From the IMG/VR virus record IMGVR_UViG_3300045988_083604, positions 1 to 64,000 of that record: a stretch of DNA of 64,000 nucleotides; one strand, given 5' to 3'. The translations under genes and the position numbers were made by a program. This document shows positions 9,632-19,349 of the stretch, one piece after another (position 1 is the first letter of the stretch; each line of letters opens with the position of its first letter). This DNA comes from a virus. The notes beneath the pieces are model-generated. The model made no database searches and had not been told where the DNA came from. It saw nothing but the letters and a program-made list of their open reading frames with translations.

Positions 9632-9862
9632 ATGAAAATTATTGTTAACAACGCTTCTCATCTATGTAAATGTTATAGATGTGGATCAAAATTAGAGGTA
9701 AGTCCTAGCGACATAAAAAACAAAAGTTTCTCTGGAAGAGATTGTGAACTTGCTGAAAGATACTACTTTGTGTGTCCATGTTGTGAAGCAAAAAATGATG
9801 TGGATTTACAAACGTTTTATACTTTCGAACCTTATGTGGATAAAAACGCAATAATATTATAA
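9632..9862 (+). CDS. small zinc-ribbon protein (CxxC...CxxC)
   Basis: ORF track; CYRCGS and CPCCEA pairs. Confidence 0.55.
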   Translation: MKIIVNNASHLCKCYRCGSKLEVSPSDIKNKSFSGRDCELAERYYFVCPCCEAKNDVDLQTFYTFEPYVDKNAIIL

Positions 9863-9989
9863 AGATGAATCAGAAAACAAAAATAGCAGCAGTTAAAGCA
9901 TCGTTAAAACAGGATGAACGTACTACTTTAAATATCATCACTGATAAGTTATCAGATGATGATATTGATTATTTAACATCTAAAATTCT

Positions 9990-10205
9990 ATGATAAAAAA
10001 GCGTTTAAAGCCAGGACAGTTGTTCACAATGTACAATCATATTTGGCAAGTTCGAAAATGTACAAGATGGCCTTGTGGTAATTGTGAACTATATCCGTAT
10101 CGGATATCATTAATAGTAAAATGGGATGTTAATCCATGTGATCAATTATGTTTGTGTGGTAAAAACATCATACCTTCAGAATATGTTGCAGTATTAGTAA
10201 AATGA
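9990..10205 (+). CDS. hypothetical Cys-rich protein, 71 aa
   Basis: ORF track; ATGA overlap with the next ORF. Confidence 0.5.
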   Translation: MIKKRLKPGQLFTMYNHIWQVRKCTRWPCGNCELYPYRISLIVKWDVNPCDQLCLCGKNIIPSEYVAVLVK

Positions 10206-10624
10206 AAAATCAAGACGAACAGTATTCAAATGTATGCGGTAAAACATTAGCAATATTATTGTTGATAGTAATAGCACTATTAATAAGTGCTAATAAGTGT
10301 TCCGCACAGTCATATAAAACTGTAAAACCAACAGTACAATATGACACAATTCCAGTAATTAACAAAAATATATCTACAGTTTATCTCATGGAAAAAAGAA
10401 ACTATATGATATATAAGTATAAAGGATGTAATGAAGCTATTCAAGTTTCTAAATCCATTGTTGATTACATGTTATTATGCTGTGAACTTAAGTGTTCCTG
10501 TAATCTCGCCATCCTTAAACGTAAAAAGGACGGCGTATTCTCTCGTGTCATAAAATACAAACCAAATTATGACAGATCTCAATCAGAAAACGACATTCTA
10601 AATTTTAAAGTTTATCAAAAATGA
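10202..10624 (+). CDS. secreted or membrane-anchored protein, 140 aa
   Basis: ORF track; N-terminal signal-like segment ILLLIVIALLISANKCSA. Confidence 0.55.
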   Translation: MKNQDEQYSNVCGKTLAILLLIVIALLISANKCSAQSYKTVKPTVQYDTIPVINKNISTVYLMEKRNYMIYKYKGCNEAIQVSKSIVDYMLLCCELKCSCNLAILKRKKDGVFSRVIKYKPNYDRSQSENDILNFKVYQK

Positions 10625-10989
10625 AAACAGAATTGAAAAAACAAGCAGAGTTAATAATCGATGTATGCAACGCTAGAACATTCGCTCAGCAGATATTAGA
10701 TCCGATACTATCCTTCGGGAATAATGGTATTGGACTAACAAAATTGTCTATGAACCAAGCAGAAAACAAAATAAAGCTTGAAATATTCACAGTGACGGAC
10801 AAAGAACGTTACTTTAAGTTCATGGGTAAAATCTACGATGCAGCCGCTAAGTGGAATGCATCCCACAACATGATTGAAGAGGTCGCAAAAATAATGGAGG
10901 ATACCATTTATGGTGAGACACAGAACAAGACAACAAAGTGTGGAGGAACTCACAAAACGAAGATTCCACGCAGAGGTAAGAAAGCTTAA
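10621..10989 (+). CDS. hypothetical protein, 122 aa
   Basis: ORF track; ATGA overlap with the previous ORF. Confidence 0.55.
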   Translation: MKTELKKQAELIIDVCNARTFAQQILDPILSFGNNGIGLTKLSMNQAENKIKLEIFTVTDKERYFKFMGKIYDAAAKWNASHNMIEEVAKIMEDTIYGETQNKTTKCGGTHKTKIPRRGKKA

Positions 10990-11179
10990 AGCTGTATGTG
11001 AACAAGAGGGATGGGAATTAAGTCATTACGACTTATCCCGTCCCGATTGGGTGTGTATATTATCGGAAAGTGATTATGAATTAAAGTCGGACATGTATGA
11101 ATGTTCTGAGGATAATGAAAATTACTTCCTAAGTCCTGAAGATTATAATCAATATAAAGAAAAATATGAATACGAATAA
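10910..11179 (+). CDS. hypothetical acidic protein, 89 aa
   Basis: ORF track; overlaps the previous ORF by 80 nt, so the real start is uncertain. Confidence 0.4.
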   Translation: MVRHRTRQQSVEELTKRRFHAEVRKLKAVCEQEGWELSHYDLSRPDWVCILSESDYELKSDMYECSEDNENYFLSPEDYNQYKEKYEYE

Positions 11180-11759
11180 TGATCTTTTAATCAGAGAACT
11201 TAAAGCAGAATTGGGTTGCTGTAATGCCAAAATAAACAGATTGGTAAATATTATAGAGTTCTATAAAAACAAAACTGAAAAATTAGAAAAAGAGAATAAA
11301 GAACTTCGAGAAGAAAACGAAACGCTTGCCGAACAAATTACAAAAATTTATACAGAAGAGTCTACAGAAGATGATGTAAGAAAGGCGCATAACAATGGTT
11401 ACGGTACAGCGATAGGCAAAATGATAGCATTTCTAGCTAAAATAAAATTTGATCCTATTGCTCACACAGAGCAAGATTCAAATACTTTTCAAAAAAGTAT
11501 TTTGAAAGATTATGGAAATTACGATTTTAAAGTGTATGGATTTGCTAAAAACAGAATAATAAACAAGAAATTAAACATTATAAAAGCTCTAGAAGATGTT
11601 TATAATGCACCACGTATCGAAATAAAAAGTTATGTAGAATCATTGCCAACTGATAAATACGAAGTAACGTTGTTGAATCACGTAAGTGAAAGTACGTGTA
11701 AAAAACTAGTAGATATTTTAACAAAAGTTGATGTCGCATGTGAATATTTCGATATTTAA
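11166..11759 (+). CDS. coiled-coil protein, 197 aa
   Basis: ORF track; heptad-like KLEKENKELREENETLAEQ. Confidence 0.55.
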   Translation: MNTNNDLLIRELKAELGCCNAKINRLVNIIEFYKNKTEKLEKENKELREENETLAEQITKIYTEESTEDDVRKAHNNGYGTAIGKMIAFLAKIKFDPIAHTEQDSNTFQKSILKDYGNYDFKVYGFAKNRIINKKLNIIKALEDVYNAPRIEIKSYVESLPTDKYEVTLLNHVSESTCKKLVDILTKVDVACEYFDI

Positions 11760-11815
11760 AATAAAAACAGTTAGTATAAAATAATAGAATAACAAACTTT
11801 TAAATAAAAATAAGT

Positions 11816-12040
11816 ATGCGTAGTATTATAGACAATCTTAAAGAGATTGAAGAAGAAAATCTCAAAGAAGTCATCTCATTGACCAATGAGAATGACAGAT
11901 TAAAGAGAAGAATAGCTGCATTTGAAAAAGATGTAATACATACAAATATAGCTATTAAACGATCGTATGAAAAAGGATTTTTCGACGCAATAACAAAAGT
12001 TAAAGATGTAATTGACCAATTACGTCCTCAATGTGGATAA
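11816..12040 (+). CDS. small coiled-coil protein, 74 aa
   Basis: ORF track. Confidence 0.5.
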   Translation: MRSIIDNLKEIEEENLKEVISLTNENDRLKRRIAAFEKDVIHTNIAIKRSYEKGFFDAITKVKDVIDQLRPQCG

Positions 12041-12107
12041 AGTATTGCTCATGAATGTGATCCTCCTGAAAACGATGATACGAACACGTGTCGTAAATAA
12101 ACATTCC

Positions 12108-12146
12108 AATACAGAGGTATAGTATCAAACTATACTTCTGTATTTA
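12108..12146 (+). terminator. intrinsic terminator hairpin
   Basis: aatacagaggtatagt-atcaa-actatacttctgtatt followed by T-rich sequence. Confidence 0.55.
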
Positions 12147-12255
12147 CATAGTAAAATAACTACGGTATTCTTTCCGTAACGGTCCGAAGTCCGTGTAAAT
12201 ATTGACGGCTATAGAGTTAATTAACATATACTTAACGTTTTAAAATTTATCAAAA

Positions 12256-12696
12256 ATGAAAAAACTAAAATTTATCCATGTAATGCTAATTGTGGCATTC
12301 GCAACTTTGTGTTTCGCATCGTGTAAACACAAATCTGGACCAAATGGTTCAGACAAAGAAGCTGTACAAATCACACAAACTGATGTTGATTATGTACAAG
12401 CATGTCTAGAAGAAATCAACAACGAACGATACAAGTCAGTAGATGACTTTGTCTCGTCAATGATGGTTAAGAACTATGACATGCACATCGACAGTGTGAT
12501 CTGTTCTATTCCAACACGAAAATTGGAACAAATCTCTACAGCTGTATATTCCAAATATGGATATATAACTAAAGAGTTGATTGCAAAAGAATATGACGAA
12601 TATTACCAGCAGGTATATAAATACATACCTGTCGATATGTCGGAATCTGAAAACACTGTACCAGACACAACTATAAATAATAATAATAAACGATGA
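12256..12696 (+). CDS. lipoprotein, 146 aa
   Basis: Signal peptide with lipobox-like FASC (MKKLKFIHVMLIVAFATLCFASCK). Confidence 0.65.
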   Translation: MKKLKFIHVMLIVAFATLCFASCKHKSGPNGSDKEAVQITQTDVDYVQACLEEINNERYKSVDDFVSSMMVKNYDMHIDSVICSIPTRKLEQISTAVYSKYGYITKELIAKEYDEYYQQVYKYIPVDMSESENTVPDTTINNNNKR

Positions 12697-13232
12697 ACAG
12701 AGCTTTTGTAGTTTTATTCGATGGTAATGAAGTGCCAAAGAATGTAGTAGAGAGAATCGCTAACGAAATCGCAACTTGGTGTAGAGCAGATGTTGAAAAA
12801 ATGTCTATATTTACCTTCGATGAAAGTGAAATTTCACAGTCATTAATTAAGACGGTAATACCACCAAAGATTGGAGAGGATGTAGCTACTTATTTAAGCC
12901 ATCTTACAATAAAAGAAGCTGAACGTAGAAAGTATGGAGACGCAGCTATTAGAGAGTTGAATTCAGCGTTTCGTTTACGCAAAGATACAGTTCCAGCGAC
13001 ATTTTGTCTAGACCTATCTTTAAAAATGTTAAAGCTTTTGGACAAGGACAAAATAAAAGCTTGTAATGACGATGATATTCGTCTAATAAACGCAATAAGG
13101 AATCTTGGAAAAAATTGTCCTTATACGACATCTGTAGCTAAAGCGTACTACTATACGTCGGAAATCGATGAAGTGGTAAAAAGTGTATACAGAAAAATCT
13201 TTACAGAATCAGATGGCACATTCAAAAAATGA
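12693..13232 (+). CDS. hypothetical protein, 179 aa
   Basis: ORF track; ATGA overlap with the lipoprotein gene. Confidence 0.6.
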   Translation: MNRAFVVLFDGNEVPKNVVERIANEIATWCRADVEKMSIFTFDESEISQSLIKTVIPPKIGEDVATYLSHLTIKEAERRKYGDAAIRELNSAFRLRKDTVPATFCLDLSLKMLKLLDKDKIKACNDDDIRLINAIRNLGKNCPYTTSVAKAYYYTSEIDEVVKSVYRKIFTESDGTFKK

Positions 13233-13365
13233 TCGTATAAATTACGATCGTATTGAGAGACAAGAACGGCGTATGAAAAGGATAAAACCTTATAAACGCC
13301 AAAGTAAACAACGTATCTTCGACGACATCTATGATGACGACGAAGAAGAATATTATCCACAATAA
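13213..13365 (+). CDS. small basic/acidic protein, about 50 aa
   Basis: ORF track 13183..13365, trimmed to ATG (MAHSKNDR). Confidence 0.4.
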   Translation: MAHSKNDRINYDRIERQERRMKRIKPYKRQSKQRIFDDIYDDDEEEYYPQ

Positions 13366-13586
13366 TGTATAGGATAGATTTGTATATGAGAGTAAGGGAG
13401 AACAAGAAAAAATTGTTCTCCTCTTGCTGGTATCCATCAGAGAAACAAGCTATTAATGCTAGAAATGCTCTGATGAGTATACCAAAAGGTGTGTATTGTC
13501 AATCATTTGGCGAGAACAGACCTGTAAAGAAAAAAATACTTGGCGGTTGGGTTTGTTCTAACCCCATAAAAGACGATCGTTTCTAA
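13365..13586 (+). CDS. hypothetical protein, 73 aa
   Basis: ORF track. Confidence 0.4.
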   Translation: MYRIDLYMRVRENKKKLFSSCWYPSEKQAINARNALMSIPKGVYCQSFGENRPVKKKILGGWVCSNPIKDDRF

Positions 13587-13640
13587 CCCGATCATATAGA
13601 TAGGTTAGTAAGTTAATTAACAATTTAAATCATTATCAAA

Positions 13641-14162
13641 ATGGCAAAAGAAAAGAATTCAGCAGCAAAGGCAGTAGAAACTCCAGTAAATGACAATCTC
13701 GATACAACATTCGAGAATCTGAAGAAAGGTAACCTTGTATCACAGAACGTTAACGAAAAGGCTCTTGAAGCTATCGCAAAGTCGAAAGAAGAGGAGCAGA
13801 TTCGTATGGCACAACGTGTAATCAAGGAAGCAGAGTACAACAACTTGAAAACAGTTCTTCGATTGCGTGACCAACGTCGTCGTGCAAGAATTGCAAAAGA
13901 GGCTGCAACAGCAACAAAAGAGTTGCTTGAGGGTCTTGTTGGAAAGAAGGGAGACGATGGTAAGTTTGTACCAGGAACTCTGACTCCAACGGAGTATGAA
14001 AAGAAACGTAACGAGTTGAAGGACGATATTTCTAAGAAACTCAAGGAGGCTACGACAGCATTTAGTGAAGAGACTGACGAGCTGCACACTAAGTTCCCAG
14101 ATTATTGGGCATACGACAATTGCTGGGATAACATGATATTCAGAACCACTAACCGTTACTAA
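13641..14162 (+). CDS. Lys/Glu-rich helical protein, 173 aa, probably highly expressed
   Basis: ORF track; conserved leader cattatcaaaATG; GC-richer codon usage producing antisense shadow ORFs. Confidence 0.7.
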   Translation: MAKEKNSAAKAVETPVNDNLDTTFENLKKGNLVSQNVNEKALEAIAKSKEEEQIRMAQRVIKEAEYNNLKTVLRLRDQRRRARIAKEAATATKELLEGLVGKKGDDGKFVPGTLTPTEYEKKRNELKDDISKKLKEATTAFSEETDELHTKFPDYWAYDNCWDNMIFRTTNRY

Positions 14163-14183
14163 TATCACTAATTTCCAAAGTGT

Positions 14184-14467
14184 AGAATCTTAGAATCAGA
14201 CACTTATTTGCCAAACAGTTCGTATAAGTCGCAAATGGGTCGCGTCGATGATGGCGTTTTTAATGAATTGACATTAGCACAAAGAATCTTAGAATCATGT
14301 GGGAAGAAGACTCTCAACGTAGGGAGAATAAACTATACGTACACAGATCAAACAAATAACATTTGTGAACCATCGAGTCGTTTATTCTAAGATCACGTGA
14401 GGTGTAAGGAATAACCAAGTGTACTGTCAAAGTGTCAAGTTTATGACGTTCAAGAATCTCAGAATCA
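14184..14467 (+). repeat. three direct copies of the 15-mer AGAATCT(T/C)AGAATCA
   Basis: Copies at 14184-14198, 14283-14297 and 14453-14467 in ORF-free DNA; partial inverted copy near 14384. Confidence 0.7.
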
Positions 14468-14664
14468 GAACATTATCATAACAACATATTTAGTATATTA
14501 AACAGATATATCGAATCATATTACTACGAAGATTAAGAGTAGCTAACTTATGATTCAAAGTATATGCTGAGACAAACATTCTGTTTAATCTACCTAAGTA
14601 TATAGAATCTGATCAATTCTATATACTACAAAATGAAATCGTTTGAGTATGAGTTAATTATGTA

Positions 14665-14693
14665 GGACGAGGGTTCGAATCCCTCCACGTCCA
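14665..14693 (+). ncRNA. acceptor/T-arm minihelix (tRNA top-half mimic)
   Basis: ggacg-aggg-ttcgaat-ccct-cca-cgtcc-a; no matching distal 5' acceptor strand found upstream. Confidence 0.35.
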
Positions 14694-14857
14694 CTCTTGT
14701 TTATATATAAGGGCGTGACCGGTTTTGACTGCATAAGGAAGTAAATACGAGATTTCAGAAATCGATAAATCAGAACAATAACATTGTTGACTATACTCAC
14801 GTAGCGTGAGTATGAGTCCTGACAATTCCTTGAGTCAGTTGGAAAAATAGGATGGTT

Positions 14858-14909
14858 GGAGAAGTACTAATAACTACGGAGTTGTGGGGTTCGAATCCCT
14901 ACTTCTCCT
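14858..14909 (+). ncRNA. 51-nt mini tRNA-like element
   Basis: Perfect 7-bp acceptor ggagaag/cttctcc; T arm tgggg-ttcgaat-cccta; only 20 nt replace the D and anticodon arms. Confidence 0.4.
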
Positions 14910-14925
14910 CAAAAAATTCATAGAT

Positions 14926-15351
14926 ATGAGAGGATATAGAGCTATGATTAAAGACAGACTCGTACCAACCTGGGAGTTAGCATTATTATGGTGTAAAGCT
15001 AAAACTCGTTGGGTTGAGACGGTATATAACTGTCATATAAAAAGATTAGGAAACAATAAACAGTTGAAAAAAGAAACTGTATTATTTGTAACAGGACATA
15101 AAAACAAAAATGGAATTTATTGTAATTTCATGAGTACTGTTACAAATGATGATTGTTTCAGAGCTAACAATCCAGAAGAATGGGCATATTGGAATAGTGT
15201 GTATAATTGGGTGAAATGGTTTTCATCTAATATGCAGATAATGAAAGATGATTTAATTACAAAATCTAAATCTGAATTTCAATCAATTTTTTATGTGAAT
15301 GATGAATTATATAGATTTTTAATACGAAATATTCATTTGTACGCATCATGA
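14926..15351 (+). CDS. hypothetical protein, about 141 aa
   Basis: ORF track 14884..15351, trimmed to ATG 14926 because the 5' part overlaps the tRNA-like element. Confidence 0.55.
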   Translation: MRGYRAMIKDRLVPTWELALLWCKAKTRWVETVYNCHIKRLGNNKQLKKETVLFVTGHKNKNGIYCNFMSTVTNDDCFRANNPEEWAYWNSVYNWVKWFSSNMQIMKDDLITKSKSEFQSIFYVNDELYRFLIRNIHLYAS

Positions 15352-15782
15352 AACAAAAAGGATTTCCAGAAACTCCGGGATTGTACATAGCTCAACGCGA
15401 GTACGATGTAGTCTTATTAAAGATTACCGGAATGTATCCAACTTTACAGGTTGGAAAATGTGTGTATCTATCAGCATTGATAGGTGGTAATACAATCAAA
15501 GAAGCTCCAAAAGAAATTGTTGACAATATTATATTGTTCAGCAAAAACTGGGAGTTTTCAAAGATTGAAAGTATTGATACGCGTGTATTTCCCAAAACAG
15601 CGTTTAAAGTCAATGGAAGCTTGGATCTTGGTACAGACGAAAAACTATCTTTACGTAATACGTATTATCGTTTTGTACAAAGTGGAGTTTCATCGAGTAA
15701 AATTATTCGTGCATTAATGTACGAATACCATGTAACTATGGAGCAAATAATATCATTAATAAATGAATTTGATGCATGTTAG
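15348..15782 (+). CDS. hypothetical protein, 144 aa; terminates at TAG
   Basis: ORF track; ATGA overlap upstream. Confidence 0.6.
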   Translation: MKQKGFPETPGLYIAQREYDVVLLKITGMYPTLQVGKCVYLSALIGGNTIKEAPKEIVDNIILFSKNWEFSKIESIDTRVFPKTAFKVNGSLDLGTDEKLSLRNTYYRFVQSGVSSSKIIRALMYEYHVTMEQIISLINEFDAC

Positions 15783-16153
15783 TTACGGGACCATTCTTAA
15801 CTTATCTAAACCAAAATACACTGAAAGAGAAGTACAACATACTGCGAAAGATAGAATGGGCTTATAAATATGACATATACAATAGTTCTGCCATAATAAG
15901 TCCATATCCTAAGCAAATATGTATAACCAATAAAGAACTTCGAATTTGGTTAAACTGGGTAAATAGAAATATTGTACTTAGACTTGGTTTAGATTATGAA
16001 TTAACAATTCGTGTTAAAATAAGGATAGCATCGGGAATGTTATCTAAAATAAAATCTCTAACACAAATTGATAAATTGCAAATTTTTGCAAATCTTATAG
16101 AGAATATAAACACGGATTTTGAAATAATGGCAACAGAAGATTTGCCTTTTTAA
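15776..16153 (+). CDS. hypothetical protein, 125 aa
   Basis: ORF track. Confidence 0.55.
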   Translation: MLVTGPFLTYLNQNTLKEKYNILRKIEWAYKYDIYNSSAIISPYPKQICITNKELRIWLNWVNRNIVLRLGLDYELTIRVKIRIASGMLSKIKSLTQIDKLQIFANLIENINTDFEIMATEDLPF

Positions 16154-16159
16154 ATTTGT

Positions 16160-16720
16160 TTGATTATGAATACGCCCAAAATTACTCTAGAAGAAATTGG
16201 GATAATCAAAGATGCCAAAGCTGGTAAAGAATCAGCATTTAATTTGTTGTACCATAAATACAGAAGTTTTGTAATAGATTTATTAAATCAATACATAAAA
16301 GATATTGATGAGTCTAAAGACTTATCTAATCTTGTATTTCTAAAGGTACATCAAAAACTCTCGAAATTCAAAGACTATCATTCGTTTGGAGGATGGTTGA
16401 GAATACTAACAAAAAACACTGCCATTGATTATCTAAGGACATTGAAAAATAAAACAATATCTATAGATGATCAAGAAAACGGAATACAATTATCGGATAT
16501 CGGAGATATTGTTGATGAAAATGTTTCTATAACATACGATATGTTAATAGGAATGCTTGGTAAACAAACAGAAACCAATAGAAAAATCATCAAATTGTAT
16601 TACGAAGAAGGAATGACAGTATTACAAATCAGTAAAGCGATAAATGTGCCAGTGGGAACTATAAAGTCATATCTGCACAGGATTCGTAATAACCTCAAAA
16701 AACAATTAAAACTATGTTAA
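16160..16720 (+). CDS. ECF-type sigma-70 family RNA polymerase sigma factor
   Basis: Region 2-like FGGWLRILTKNTAIDYLR and region 4 HTH MTVLQISKAINVPVGTIKSYLHRIRNNLK. Confidence 0.8.
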   Translation: MIMNTPKITLEEIGIIKDAKAGKESAFNLLYHKYRSFVIDLLNQYIKDIDESKDLSNLVFLKVHQKLSKFKDYHSFGGWLRILTKNTAIDYLRTLKNKTISIDDQENGIQLSDIGDIVDENVSITYDMLIGMLGKQTETNRKIIKLYYEEGMTVLQISKAINVPVGTIKSYLHRIRNNLKKQLKLC

Positions 16721-17082
16721 ATCTTCTAACATTTATCATTGGAATAATTGGTATATTTCTTATTGCTCGATACAATAAGAGTAACAAATTGTTCTGGCTA
16801 CTGGTCATCTCAATGATGTCTGGTTTCATTGGCGGCACAATTGCAGCCAATATGAAGAGTGATAAGAAGAGTAACGTAGAATATGTTTCACAGAACATGA
16901 CACCTTGCAGTATGCCCACTGCAACATTCTTACCAGTAAATGGTGAGTATAAGGTAGTTCCAACTGTAGAGACATCAGTTGTAGCTTATGTTACAACATC
17001 TACCAAAACTCTTCTTAAAAAACAAAATTTCACAACTCTTTATCACGAAGGATTAACCCCCTTCATTTTTGACTCATCTTGA
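16714..17082 (+). CDS. two-TM membrane protein overlapping the sigma gene; possible anti-sigma factor
   Basis: ORF track; hydrophobic N-terminus; the anti-sigma role is inferred from position only. Confidence 0.4.
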   Translation: MLNLLTFIIGIIGIFLIARYNKSNKLFWLLVISMMSGFIGGTIAANMKSDKKSNVEYVSQNMTPCSMPTATFLPVNGEYKVVPTVETSVVAYVTTSTKTLLKKQNFTTLYHEGLTPFIFDSS

Positions 17083-17151
17083 ATATTTAATTCGATTCCA
17101 GGATAAGTTAGTTTCTTTTAATAAAATAACCCTTTAATAATTATCAAAATT

Positions 17152-18588
17152 ATGGCACAGAAGAATAAAAACATAACAACAAAGAAGACAAAGAAAAGTG
17201 TAAAACCAGTAGAAGCTCCAGTAGAGCAGACAGTTGTAGAAACAGTAGAGGAGACTAAAACTCCAAAGGAAAAGCCGGAAGAGAAGGCTAACGCTACAAA
17301 CATCACAACGAAGAACATGGTTGGTAGGGTAAATTCATCGCTCGATGCTAATCATCGCGTTGATTTGCTTAATCTTGCGGATGATATCTTCCGCAAAGAC
17401 CCAGATGCAGAAAGAAAATTTACACTTGAAATTCGTGATAGTGTAAACGCAATTGTAGCAGCGGGAGTAGTTGCAGCACTTGCAGACGAGTCTGTATATG
17501 GTACATCAACATTCTCAGCAGTGTTGAATCACGCCATGTATCCGCAGCTTGTTATAGCAGCTAAGGAGATGGGAGTTACACTTCCAAATGTAAAAGCTCT
17601 TCCTGTAAATGAAAAGAACGAGGTTATCGTTGAAAGCGACAAAATCAAGGTATCGAAGGATGCCAAGAAGAAGTTGCAGGAGGAGCATGCAATAGAAGAC
17701 AAGAAACCCGAACTTGATCCTGTAAAGGTGGCAGATATGGGTGAGGAAGCTTTGAAGGAGGCTCTTCAGTATCTTCTGATAGTTGGTCCTAAGAAGACCA
17801 ATATCAAGAATACACTTGTAAGTGTTGTTGATTTCATGCGTACATATCGTATGACAATGGCAGACAAGGCTGAGAACGTAGCTGAGGCAAAGCTGAAGTA
17901 TGACGGATATACAGTAGATAAGTGGTTGATGGACGCATTTAGCTACGTTAAACCTACTTTTCTTCTTCACGGGATTGGACGTGGTCTTATCACCATGGCG
18001 TCTCTCGCAAAGAGCCCTGTATCCTCATTCTGTATTCTCAGAAGGACTCTTACAGACCCTGAGACAAACAAGCCAGTATGGGACGATCAGTCTATTGCGG
18101 ATGCAGTAAAGGCTATCATATACCTCGTGGCAAGCAATGCTATTGCAGATGAACAGAAGAATCTCGACGCTCTCGATAAGAAGGCTAAGGATTATAAGGA
18201 GGTGTCTGAGAAGTATAAGAACTCAATAGACCATTATAAGAAAATTCTCGAATATGTTTCAAATCCGGATTTTGATGTAATAAACACTATGATCCAAAAG
18301 ATGGATGACGAGAAAGATCCTATTGCAACAAAGCTCTTCACTCATGTAAAGGATCAGTATTATCCTAACGTAGCGCGTGGCAGATACAAGAATCTTGATT
18401 ACGATGTAGTTCAGCGTGCCGGTATTATTACCAACATGTTTATAACAGAGGCAGACCGTAACGAGGACTATAACGAAGTAAACATTCAAGAGCTTGTAGC
18501 CTATACGACCGAAGAGATAAAAGAAATGCGTGAAGCTGAGGCAAAAGCCAAGGCAGAGGCTAAGAAAGAAGAGTCAAAAAACGCATAA
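17152..18588 (+). CDS. abundant-looking helical protein, 478 aa, function unknown
   Basis: ORF track; ttatcaaaa leader; GC-richer codon usage with antisense shadow ORFs; Lys/Glu-rich termini. Confidence 0.7.
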   Translation: MAQKNKNITTKKTKKSVKPVEAPVEQTVVETVEETKTPKEKPEEKANATNITTKNMVGRVNSSLDANHRVDLLNLADDIFRKDPDAERKFTLEIRDSVNAIVAAGVVAALADESVYGTSTFSAVLNHAMYPQLVIAAKEMGVTLPNVKALPVNEKNEVIVESDKIKVSKDAKKKLQEEHAIEDKKPELDPVKVADMGEEALKEALQYLLIVGPKKTNIKNTLVSVVDFMRTYRMTMADKAENVAEAKLKYDGYTVDKWLMDAFSYVKPTFLLHGIGRGLITMASLAKSPVSSFCILRRTLTDPETNKPVWDDQSIADAVKAIIYLVASNAIADEQKNLDALDKKAKDYKEVSEKYKNSIDHYKKILEYVSNPDFDVINTMIQKMDDEKDPIATKLFTHVKDQYYPNVARGRYKNLDYDVVQRAGIITNMFITEADRNEDYNEVNIQELVAYTTEEIKEMREAEAKAKAEAKKEESKNA

Positions 18589-18765
18589 AGGAGTTACGAT
18601 CAATTCGTAAAAAACGACATATACAATTAGTAATCGACGATGTAAAAGATTCATGTAAGAGATTCGCGAGCTCTGTAAAGAATCTTTTACACGTTGAACT
18701 AACTCCTCAAGGAACTCCAAAGTTCGGTCGTAACTCCTAGTAAATAACTTCAAAACATTATCAAA

Positions 18766-18927
18766 ATGTCAGAAATCCATGTAGGCAGCTATAAAAAGCT
18801 TAGAAAAGTGATTAATCGTTTAAACAGTGATGGGTATTCACACAACTTGCGTAAAAACATGCGAGTTCCTAGACATAATGGAATAACCGTTATTGTTGAT
18901 CACGATAAAAAAGAGGCTGTCGCTTAA
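18766..18927 (+). CDS. small basic protein, 53 aa
   Basis: Hand translation (MSEIHVGSYKKLRK...); exact cattatcaaaATG leader. Confidence 0.5.
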   Translation: MSEIHVGSYKKLRKVINRLNSDGYSHNLRKNMRVPRHNGITVIVDHDKKEAVA

Positions 18928-18947
18928 ACTTTAAAAACATTATCAAA

Positions 18948-19349
18948 ATGAAAAAGTTAACAACTATCATTTCGTGCTCAATACTACTAATATATGGATT
19001 ATTAGTAGGTATAAATAATAGAGTAGATCCTGGTGCAACAGCATATGCTGCGCCAGCGGCGCCAGTAATAGGCGCATTGCCATATGATCTCCAACAGAGT
19101 CATATGAAACGTGATACTGTCTATATCACAAAAGACAGTGTAGTGTGCAACTATAAAGAGAGAATAAAAGAGGTAAAAGTACCATATGCAGTACATGATA
19201 CGTTGTATGTGCCAGTGTTGTATATAGCTTCACCCAAGGTTCGTGAGGAGCAAACCTGTGGTAACTCTCAATCCGAGTATATTGTAAGGAAAGCTAGCTC
19301 TGAAGATATCGACCACAAAACGACATTCACTCCGGGAGAGAATAGTTAA
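18948..19349 (+). CDS. secreted protein, 133 aa
   Basis: ORF track; signal-like N-terminus; exact cattatcaaaATG leader. Confidence 0.6.
   Translation: MKKLTTIISCSILLIYGLLVGINNRVDPGATAYAAPAAPVIGALPYDLQQSHMKRDTVYITKDSVVCNYKERIKEVKVPYAVHDTLYVPVLYIASPKVREEQTCGNSQSEYIVRKASSEDIDHKTTFTPGENS

Noticed and set aside
13625-14168. Minus-strand ORFs of 154 and 142 aa
   Set aside because: They are antisense shadows of gene 13641..14162.
14208-14390. 60-aa plus-strand ORF in the repeat region
   Set aside because: It starts at a non-ATG codon and is built partly from the 15-mer repeats. It has no coding-like context and is probably spurious.
14686-14717. Circularly permuted tRNA: the 3' acceptor strand cacgtcc lies upstream of a complementary gggcgtg
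   Set aside because: The sequence after gggcgtg does not form a D arm or an anticodon arm. The 7-nt complementarity alone is not enough.
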